Of a stretch of DNA of 32,000 nt, positions 16,244 through 23,703 are shown piece after piece. The position numbers and the translations under genes were made by a program. Below the pieces are notes generated by a model. It had not been told where the DNA came from and did no database searches. It worked only from the letters and a program-made list of their open reading frames with translations. Origin of the DNA: Candidatus Saccharimonadota bacterium (GTDB lineage: Bacteria; Patescibacteriota; Gracilibacteria; UBA4473); NCBI GenBank assembly GCA_030429505.1, contig JAUIFI010000001.1, forward strand, positions 480,001 through 512,000, written 5' to 3'. Numbering within the stretch: the first letter of the stretch is position 1; the number at the start of each line of letters is the position of its first letter.

Positions 16244-18355
16244 ATGCCCATTTCCGTCACAGATCTCGCTAAAAAATTAAATATTGCTCCCGAAGCTGTC
16301 CAACTTTACGCTATGGAGCTCGACTACGAAATTGAAGATGACAATTTAGTCTCTGATGAAATTGCAGCAGAAATTAGAAAATTAGAAGAAGGCGATGAAA
16401 TTAGCCAAGTCGAACACGAAATCGAAGAAGAACTTGATCGAGAGATTGTCGAAAAGCAGCAGGAGCGAACCGCTGGACACAAAAAATCAGTCCGAAAAAA
16501 GAAAAAAGAAGATACTCCTCCAGCAGAAAAGTTAGAAGAAGAAGTAAAAGTTATTAAAACAGATGATGGGACGATTATTCTCCCTGAAACTATGTCTGTA
16601 AAAACACTCGCTCGATTAATCACAAAACCCATCCCGATAGTACTTGTCAAACTCAAACAAAACGGCATCATCGCCAACCTCAAAGAAGAAATAGATTATG
16701 AAACCGCTGCCATTATCGCTCAAGAACTCAACGTAAAGGTAAAAAAAGAAGCAACTGAACTTTCAGGAGAAGATCTTTTTCGAGCTGATATTTCAAAACT
16801 ACTCGAAGAAGAAGAAGTTGAACATCTAAAAAAACGACCTCCCATTATATCAATCATGGGACACGTAGATCACGGAAAGACTTCTATCCTCGATTACATT
16901 CGAAAAACTAAAATAGCCGAAAAAGAAGCTGGCGGTATTACTCAAAGCATTGGAGCTTATCAAGTAAAAATTGATAAAGACCTGATTACCTTTCTCGATA
17001 CTCCAGGACATGAAGCCTTCACTCTTATGCGAGCTCGTGGAGCAAGAGCCACAGACATCGCCGTATTAGTAGTAGCAGCCACAGAAGGTCTCAAACCACA
17101 ATCCTTAGAAGCCATCAACCACGCTCGTGAAGCCGATATTCCCATTATAGTAGCCATAAATAAAATGGATCTGGACGGAGCAAATCCAGACCTCGTCAAA
17201 GGACAACTTGCGGAAAAAGAACTCAATCCTACAGATTGGGGAGGCGACATCCACTGTATTCCAGTATCTGCAAAAACTGGAGAGGGTATTGAACAGTTAC
17301 TCGATACGATCAGACTCATGGCAGAAGAAAAAAAACTCAAAGCCAATCCTGACCGACCAGCTATCGCTACTGTTATTGAATCCTCAGTTCAATCAGGAGC
17401 AGGAGTCACCGCCACAGTCCTCATTAATACCGGAACACTTCATCAAGGAGACCCTTTCGTCATCTACGACCAATACGGAAAAATCAGAAGTATGACAGAT
17501 TTTAGCGGTTCCGCAGTCAAAAATGCCCCTCCCTCTGCACCCGTACAAATTACTGGTATCACAAACCTCCCTCAAGTCGGAGATCTTCTCCAGATTATGA
17601 AATCGGAAAAAATCGCTAGAAAAAAAGCAGAAGAAGTTCAATCAATTGAACATAAAGATGAACTTCGAAAACGAAAACAATTCTCACTCGCCACCCTCAA
17701 GACTAAGCTCGCAGAAGGAAAGCTTTCTCAATGCAAAATAATCGTAAAAGCTAGCTCAAAAGGATCCCAAGAAGCTGTTGTGAATGAAATCGAAAAAATA
17801 AAAACCGACGAACACATGGTAAAAGTCATCCATGCCGGCGTAGGAGAAATATCCGAATCTGACATCATGCTCGCCAAAGCCGGAGAAGCATTCATCATTG
17901 GTTTTGAAGTAGCAGCTTCATCTCGAATCCAAAAGCTCGCCGACAAAGAAGGAGTCACCATTATGACCTTTGAAGTTATTTATCACATTACAGAAAAAAT
18001 CAACGATATCCTACTCGGAAAAATGGATGAAGAAGAAACAGAAATCATCTTAGGAGAATTTAAAATTAAAGCTGTCTTTGCCTCCAATAAAAAAATGGCC
18101 GTCATTGGCGGAGATGTGATAAAAGGCAAAATGAGAAAACAATCCCGATTCAGACAATTTAGAATGGTAGAAAACGAAGAAACAAAAGAAAAAGAAGAAC
18201 AAATGATAGGTGAAGGAAAAATTCAATCCGTCCAAATGGGACAAAAAGAAGTCAACGAAGCCAACGAAGGAACTGAATGTGGACTCAAAATTGAACACAC
18301 TGAACTCTTATTTGAAAAAGGAGACAGACTCGAACTCTTTGTCAGTAAAAAATAA
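16244..18355 (+). CDS. infB: translation initiation factor IF-2
   Basis: 703 aa. GTPase motifs GHVDHGKTS, DTPGHEAF and NKMD are present. It has an IF2 N-terminal domain and an acidic/Lys-rich linker. No nusA gene lies upstream. Confidence 0.95.
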   Translation: MPISVTDLAKKLNIAPEAVQLYAMELDYEIEDDNLVSDEIAAEIRKLEEGDEISQVEHEIEEELDREIVEKQQERTAGHKKSVRKKKKEDTPPAEKLEEEVKVIKTDDGTIILPETMSVKTLARLITKPIPIVLVKLKQNGIIANLKEEIDYETAAIIAQELNVKVKKEATELSGEDLFRADISKLLEEEEVEHLKKRPPIISIMGHVDHGKTSILDYIRKTKIAEKEAGGITQSIGAYQVKIDKDLITFLDTPGHEAFTLMRARGARATDIAVLVVAATEGLKPQSLEAINHAREADIPIIVAINKMDLDGANPDLVKGQLAEKELNPTDWGGDIHCIPVSAKTGEGIEQLLDTIRLMAEEKKLKANPDRPAIATVIESSVQSGAGVTATVLINTGTLHQGDPFVIYDQYGKIRSMTDFSGSAVKNAPPSAPVQITGITNLPQVGDLLQIMKSEKIARKKAEEVQSIEHKDELRKRKQFSLATLKTKLAEGKLSQCKIIVKASSKGSQEAVVNEIEKIKTDEHMVKVIHAGVGEISESDIMLAKAGEAFIIGFEVAASSRIQKLADKEGVTIMTFEVIYHITEKINDILLGKMDEEETEIILGEFKIKAVFASNKKMAVIGGDVIKGKMRKQSRFRQFRMVENEETKEKEEQMIGEGKIQSVQMGQKEVNEANEGTECGLKIEHTELLFEKGDRLELFVSKK

Positions 18356-18400
18356 GGATTTCCCAACACATCACGAATGCATACCTAGAATAGAGTTTCT

Positions 18401-19822
18401 ATGAAAAAATCTGAAATCCTCTTCACACTTAGCCGTATCATAAATGATATTGCGACCATATTTGGAGGCCTTATTGTCGCATACTATCTTCGAATGGAAC
18501 GGTTTAGTCTTTTTCATCTCACCTCTCCCACCCCCTTTTCACTTGAACAATTTCTCCCCTTTGCGCTATCCATAACCGCTACACTTCTTGGCATCTTTGC
18601 CCTCCAAGGACGATATCACTTTTACCAAGACGAAAAAATTTTCGACGAAATAAACCATGTGTTTTGGAGTTTTTCAGCTGGCATGGCTCTAGTGCTTGTA
18701 GCGTTTTTCTTCCTCAAACACACTTTTTTCTCCAGATTCATCTTCGGAGTTGCATGGATTATAAGTCTGACACTTCTTCTCAGTGGACGCATGACACTTC
18801 GAATCATTCGAAGACAAATGCACAAACTAGGTCTCGGAAAAGTCAGAATCATCATTCTCGGAACAGGCAATATCGCCGCCAAAGCTATTCACATTCTAAA
18901 ACAAAACCCTAAATTTCAAATCCTCGGACTTGTCAGTGAAAAAAAATTAAATCACACCACAGCAAAAGGAGTTCCAGTCATAGGAGGTTCTCATGATTTC
19001 GAGACAATCCTAAAAAAACATAAACCCAATGAAATTCTTATCGCTACAGAAGATCCCAGCGAAAAAATATCAGCCACTCTTATCCAACTTGCCTACCTCC
19101 ATGAAACAAAACTCAGCTACCTTCCAGATGAACTTGGATTAGATCTAGCGAGCGTCTCAACATCCACTTTGGGAAATCTCCCCCTCATTACCCTCCAAAA
19201 TACCAAACTCCACGGCTGGGGGCTACTCATCAAATCAGGATTCGATTATGTCTTTAGCCTTTTAATGTGTGTACTTTTAAGCCCAATCCTTCTTATCATA
19301 TCCCTCCTAGTCTGGCTCGAAAATAAAACCGAACCTATTTTTTACGCATCTATTCGAATTGGAAAAAATGGTCATCCATTTCTCTGTTATAAATTTCGCA
19401 CCATGATCCCTGAAGCCGAAAAACAAAAAAAGAAACTCGAAAAACAAAATGAAAGAAAAGGCTCTATTCTTTTTAAAATGAAAAACGACCCTCGCATCAC
19501 CCCTCTGGGAAAAAAACTTCGAGAGCTATCACTCGACGAACTCCCCCAACTCTTCAACATTCTCAAAGGAGACATGAGTCTCATCGGTCCTCGACCACAT
19601 CTTCAAGAAGAAGTAGAAAAATACGGTCAAAATGACCTCCGAGTACTTTCAATCAAACCTGGACTCACCGGATTCTCACAAATAAACGGTCGCTCTGCCT
19701 TAAGCTTTGAAGAAGAAATCAGCTACGAACTCTTCTACCTGAAAAATTGGAGCTTACTTCTTGATTTCATTATTTTCTTTAAAAGTATTTGGGTCATTGT
19801 TCAAAAGAAAAACGTAAGCTAA
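18401..19822 (+). CDS. polyprenyl-phosphate sugar phosphotransferase (WbaP/exopolysaccharide-initiating, Bac_transf family)
   Basis: 473 aa with multiple N-terminal TM helices. The C-terminal signature is FRTM...LDELPQLFNILKGDMSLIGPRPHL...KPGLTGFSQINGR. Confidence 0.85.
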   Translation: MKKSEILFTLSRIINDIATIFGGLIVAYYLRMERFSLFHLTSPTPFSLEQFLPFALSITATLLGIFALQGRYHFYQDEKIFDEINHVFWSFSAGMALVLVAFFFLKHTFFSRFIFGVAWIISLTLLLSGRMTLRIIRRQMHKLGLGKVRIIILGTGNIAAKAIHILKQNPKFQILGLVSEKKLNHTTAKGVPVIGGSHDFETILKKHKPNEILIATEDPSEKISATLIQLAYLHETKLSYLPDELGLDLASVSTSTLGNLPLITLQNTKLHGWGLLIKSGFDYVFSLLMCVLLSPILLIISLLVWLENKTEPIFYASIRIGKNGHPFLCYKFRTMIPEAEKQKKKLEKQNERKGSILFKMKNDPRITPLGKKLRELSLDELPQLFNILKGDMSLIGPRPHLQEEVEKYGQNDLRVLSIKPGLTGFSQINGRSALSFEEEISYELFYLKNWSLLLDFIIFFKSIWVIVQKKNVS

Positions 19823-19873
19823 AAGAAACGAAACCAAAACAATACCATAAATTTCATAGCTCTTTAAAAACTT

Positions 19874-19902
19874 TTGACTTGATATGTTTTTTCATGTATA
19901 AT
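19874..19902 (+). promoter_or_regulatory. near-consensus sigma70 promoter enclosed by an inverted repeat
   Basis: TTGACT-17 nt-TATAAT. A perfect 8-bp inverted repeat, CTTGATAT (19878-19885) and ATATCAAG (19901-19908), overlaps both the -35 and -10 boxes. The -10 box ends 21 nt before the ATG at 19924. Confidence 0.55.
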
Positions 19903-19923
19903 ATCAAGATTTATTATTCACAA

Positions 19924-20661
19924 ATGAAAAATCTATCCCAGTTTTCGGCACATAAAAAAAATACACGCTTCGTCTACCAAACAAATGCTCCCGGGCAAAA
20001 TATAGACAACGTAGAGACTTCTCAAGATCAAGTCACAGAAAGCACTGAAGAACTAGCATCACCAGACAAACAATTCAAGGACATAGCTCAAAACTTCATT
20101 GATAATACAAACAATGTAATAAGTTCCCAAAACCCTTCTGAACTATCAGCAGATAACATAAAAACTCAAACAACACAACTCAACAGTGCAGCTTCATACG
20201 AAGGGACTCTCAGTAGTAATATAAGAGAAAATATTGGGAGAAAAAACGATGCTCAATTAAGAAGATCTTCTATGCCCTTTAGGACAACATCTCTTGAAGG
20301 AAAAAATGAAGAAGGAAAGACAGGAACCATTACCCTTCATCAAGGTCAGCCAAATTTTAACGAACCACCAGTTAGTATAGTAACCCTGACTGAACAAGAT
20401 GCAGAAGGAAATCAAACGGAAACCATCGCTATGAATTCCTCTGATCAAGGAATGATCCTTGTAGAAAACGGTGTCGCCAAACCGGCTACAGCAGAAGATA
20501 TGCAAGCTTTTCAACAAAAAGTAAGCTCTTACCAAGAAGGTGGAATGAGAGAAGCACAAACAAGTTTTCTCGCTAAAAATGAGGCAGAAGACCGAAAAGG
20601 AGAAAACATACCATCTGATGATGAGTTACAACAAATGATGGTTGATGCAAGAATAAAGTAA
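19924..20661 (+). CDS. orphan protein A, 245 aa, polar and low-complexity, no signal peptide or TM
   Basis: The ORF runs from the ATG at 19924 (MKNLSQFSAHKK...). The track start at 19789 would overlap the transferase gene and lies upstream of the promoter. The protein is rich in N/Q/S/T/E. No family is recognised. Confidence 0.5.
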   Translation: MKNLSQFSAHKKNTRFVYQTNAPGQNIDNVETSQDQVTESTEELASPDKQFKDIAQNFIDNTNNVISSQNPSELSADNIKTQTTQLNSAASYEGTLSSNIRENIGRKNDAQLRRSSMPFRTTSLEGKNEEGKTGTITLHQGQPNFNEPPVSIVTLTEQDAEGNQTETIAMNSSDQGMILVENGVAKPATAEDMQAFQQKVSSYQEGGMREAQTSFLAKNEAEDRKGENIPSDDELQQMMVDARIK

Positions 20662-20709
20662 TTAAGATTAGATACTTCTAAAAAAAAATTTCAATAAATC
20701 TACCTAAAA

Positions 20710-21627
20710 ATGGAAGCCGTTACAAAATATAGTCATCCCAACGGTCTACCAGACCCACTCGATTCAGAGACAATAGACTATCAAAAACTTCCAGAAGAGG
20801 CTTTTAATGAATTAGAACATTCTCTAAGAAGACTCAAAAGAATATACGAACAAAACGAAGAGTATGACCATCGGTATGATGAATATTATGTTTCCAACGG
20901 ATCTTTACAGAATCTCAAACCCAACGAAATAAGTGTTCATGACAACCAAGCTCAAGAATATTTCCCATCAAATGTTTCTGAAATGACTTTTCGGAGGATC
21001 AATAAAGACACGATCGAAATCGAAAGGAAAGATCCAAGTAATAAAGAATCAACATTAACCTATCAGATAGTCAAAAGATATCGAACTAGTCGTGATGGAA
21101 GAAAAACATTCGATAGAATCACATTCTCGATAGCAAAGGGGAAAGGAAAGTATAAACAAAGCTATGAATACGGAAGAAATGATCTTGAAATGCAATCAGA
21201 ATTCATGCAAGAAGCAAAAATACTCGTAGATTATTTTTCACAAATAGTAAGAAAAAATATAGCAAACGCAAAACGAAAAGCAGAACGAGGTCCCATTGAT
21301 CCCGCTACTGTAGCTAAAAACGAAGCTCAAGATCGAGAGAAAGAATATGCTTTTGGAGAAATAATGAGTGATGCTACAGTAGAAAAAGTAATCTCTCAAG
21401 CAGAGACAGAAAGTCCTGAAGCAACCATCTCAAGACTAGAAGCTATAAATCAAGAGAACCAGGCCGAATTACCCTTTTATACACCACCAATAGATTTTGA
21501 CACAGCTATAGTGAATTTAAGAAATATCACCAACCCAAACAAGAGAGAACTCGAAGCTGACAAACTTCTCGATCAAATTCGAGCAGCTCAAAACACTGCT
21601 CAAGCAGAAGAACTTGAAAGAATATAA
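20710..21627 (+). CDS. orphan protein B, 305 aa, no signal peptide or TM
   Basis: The ORF begins 48 nt after protein A on the same strand, with no intervening terminator seen. The protein is charged and Tyr/Glu-rich. No family is recognised. Confidence 0.55.
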   Translation: MEAVTKYSHPNGLPDPLDSETIDYQKLPEEAFNELEHSLRRLKRIYEQNEEYDHRYDEYYVSNGSLQNLKPNEISVHDNQAQEYFPSNVSEMTFRRINKDTIEIERKDPSNKESTLTYQIVKRYRTSRDGRKTFDRITFSIAKGKGKYKQSYEYGRNDLEMQSEFMQEAKILVDYFSQIVRKNIANAKRKAERGPIDPATVAKNEAQDREKEYAFGEIMSDATVEKVISQAETESPEATISRLEAINQENQAELPFYTPPIDFDTAIVNLRNITNPNKRELEADKLLDQIRAAQNTAQAEELERI

Positions 21628-21636
21628 TAATCATAA

Positions 21637-21655
21637 TTTAAAGCCAAAAGACAAG
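21637..21655 (+). repeat. 19-nt exact repeat, copy 1 (TTTAAAGCCAAAAGACAAG)
   Basis: Identical to 26373-26391. It lies 10 nt after the stop codon of orphan B. The complementary left hairpin arm seen at copy 2 is absent here. Confidence 0.85.
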
Positions 21656-21667
21656 AAAAATCATATT

Positions 21668-21695
21668 TTGACAAAACCCATCAGAACCGTACAGT
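21668..21695 (+). promoter_or_regulatory. candidate promoter of the S41 protease gene
   Basis: TTGACA-16 nt-TACAGT. The -10 box ends 30 nt before the ATG at 21726. Confidence 0.45.
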
Positions 21696-21725
21696 TACTG
21701 TGTGTTTTTTTCTATATGAATCAAA

Positions 21726-23558
21726 ATGAATTTCATTAAAAAGTTAGTAACTACTTTAGCACTCGCAAGTTTTATCATTATTCCTAGTACTCACGGTTTT
21801 CGAGATGTCCCATCAGGATCAGCTCTTCATCCAGCCGTTGAAAATCTCACCACCAAAGGGCTATTTCCAGAAGGTACATTCTTCAAACCAGACGTCCCCG
21901 TAACCGCAGATCTATTCTGGGAAGTAGTTCTTCGAGACAGTGGGTTTGTACCAGAATCAGCCACCTTCAACACTCCCCTTCCTCCCAATATCGAACTCAA
22001 TGACTCTCTTGCTCAATTTCTCCGTGAGGCCATTAGAAGAAAATTCATAGACCAATCCATCCCCTTTGATCGCAAAGCCACTATTCCCCGTTACAAAGCC
22101 ATAGAAACACTCATCAAAACAAAAGCCATTCGCACTATTGGAGAACCTTCAAAAGCATTTCTCCGTAAACTAGGCGGCACATCACCAAGCGTAAAATCTA
22201 TTGCTTCATATCTCCCAAGTCTAGAAGCTGCCTATGCCTCAAACATTCTTGATAATTATGATATCCGAGACTTTCGTCCCACAGAGCCTCTAACTAGGAG
22301 AGACCTTGCCATATGGCTCTATCGATATGAAACAAAAGGCACTAAAAAATCCACCATCAACCCCAGAGGCTCTAATCGACTAAGAGAAAATCAACAAAGA
22401 CAAATATCAGAAGATGAATCAAAAAAGGAAGTAGAAAAACTTCTCATAAAAACATTACAAGTCAAACCACTAACAACCATTCCAAACGAAAAAATATTTC
22501 AAGGAGTCCTTAGTGACCTTGAAAATAAATATAGATTCCCTGCTCAACTCAGCTTAGAAAAAAAAGAAAAAATGATAGAAGCTGCTATAACCGCTATGGT
22601 TAAAGAACTTGAAGATAAATTTACCAGCTATATCGAACCAGAAAAATCAGATCTCTTCAAAGACAGCATCGAAGGAAAATTTGAAGGCATTGGAGCCTAC
22701 GTGGAAATGATCGAAAATCAGTTCACCATAACCGCGCCTATGGATGGTTCCCCAGCCATGAAAGCAGGTGTTTTGCCGGGCGATATAGTAACACACGTAG
22801 ACGGAAAACCTGTTGAAGAAAAAAGCATTCACGAAATCATCAAAGCCATTAAAGGTCCTGCCGGCACCATCGTCAAACTAACCATCAAAAGAGAACAAGA
22901 CAAAACTATAGACATTCCCGTCACGAGAGGAAAAATCGTCGTTCCCTCCCTCAAACTAGAATTCAAAAGCTCAATACCCATAATAAAAATACACAAATTC
23001 AGCCGAGCAGTTCGAGGCGAATTTGAAAAACTTCTTGTAGAAGAAGTCCTTTCAAAAAATCCCCGTGGAGTCATCATAGACCTTCGAAACGATCCTGGAG
23101 GTCTTCTCACCTCAGCCGTTTCCATGGGAGAATTTCTCGTCGATGAAGGGATGCCGCTACTTTTTATTGAATATAAAAATGCTACTCAGCAATTCACCTC
23201 TTCGAGAAAAGGAGAACTTTTTGGACAAAAAAACCTTGTAGTCCTTCAAAACAAAGGTACTGCCTCCGCTTCTGAAATCTTTAGTAGCATCGTCCAAGAC
23301 TACAAACTCGGAACTATTATCGGCACCCAATCATTTGGAAAAGGAAGCGTCCAAGAAGTCCTCAACTATGATAATGGAGGTATCCTCAAAGTTACTGTCG
23401 CGAAATGGCTCACTCCAAAAAAGAAATGGATACAAGACAATGATCCTGCCGGTATTATCCCAGACATTCACGTCGACGACCCTACTCCTGAACAAATAAA
23501 AGAAAATATTGATCCCCAACTTGACCGAGCCATCCAACACATTCTAGGAAGAAATTAA
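21726..23558 (+). CDS. S41-family C-terminal processing peptidase with N-terminal SLH-like repeats and a PDZ domain
   Basis: Signal peptide MNFIKKLVTTLALASFIIIPSTHG. An SLH-like repeat reads FRDVPSGSALHPAVENLTTKGLFPEG...FKPDVPVTADLF. The PDZ domain reads SPAMKAGVLPGDIVTHVDGKPV. S41 core motifs are IIDLRNDPGG, GTASASEIF and TQSFGKGSVQ. Confidence 0.9.
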   Translation: MNFIKKLVTTLALASFIIIPSTHGFRDVPSGSALHPAVENLTTKGLFPEGTFFKPDVPVTADLFWEVVLRDSGFVPESATFNTPLPPNIELNDSLAQFLREAIRRKFIDQSIPFDRKATIPRYKAIETLIKTKAIRTIGEPSKAFLRKLGGTSPSVKSIASYLPSLEAAYASNILDNYDIRDFRPTEPLTRRDLAIWLYRYETKGTKKSTINPRGSNRLRENQQRQISEDESKKEVEKLLIKTLQVKPLTTIPNEKIFQGVLSDLENKYRFPAQLSLEKKEKMIEAAITAMVKELEDKFTSYIEPEKSDLFKDSIEGKFEGIGAYVEMIENQFTITAPMDGSPAMKAGVLPGDIVTHVDGKPVEEKSIHEIIKAIKGPAGTIVKLTIKREQDKTIDIPVTRGKIVVPSLKLEFKSSIPIIKIHKFSRAVRGEFEKLLVEEVLSKNPRGVIIDLRNDPGGLLTSAVSMGEFLVDEGMPLLFIEYKNATQQFTSSRKGELFGQKNLVVLQNKGTASASEIFSSIVQDYKLGTIIGTQSFGKGSVQEVLNYDNGGILKVTVAKWLTPKKKWIQDNDPAGIIPDIHVDDPTPEQIKENIDPQLDRAIQHILGRN

Positions 23559-23583
23559 AAATAATTTTTTACTCCACAAAATG

Positions 23584-23612
23584 ATCCTGACGCTTTCTGT
23601 CGGGATTTTTTT
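23584..23612 (+). terminator. rho-independent terminator after the S41 gene
   Basis: ATCCTGAC-GCTTTCT-GTCGGGAT forms an 8-bp stem including one G-U pair. It is followed by TTTTTT. Confidence 0.65.
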
Positions 23613-23646
23613 GTACAAAGAATGAGTACAAAAACTCGAAATTCCC

Positions 23647-23675
23647 TTGTAAAAGCAAATAACTTTCCATACAAT
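23647..23675 (+). promoter_or_regulatory. candidate promoter of the amidase-SpoIID gene
   Basis: TTGTAA-17 nt-TACAAT. The -10 box ends 28 nt before the ATG at 23704. Confidence 0.45.
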
Positions 23676-23703
23676 CCAAACCGAAATACCCACACAAATA
23701 GAT

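Noticed and set aside
16324-17346. Minus-strand ORFs of 119 and 128 aa within infB
   Set aside because: They are Ser-rich antisense frames of the acidic linker and GTPase regions of IF-2, with no independent support.
19789-19923. Upstream extension of orphan A overlapping the transferase gene; similarly the TTG start at 12304 for the 645-aa orphan
   Set aside because: The extension of orphan A would begin upstream of its own consensus promoter. In both cases ATG starts further downstream with A-rich contexts are more plausible.
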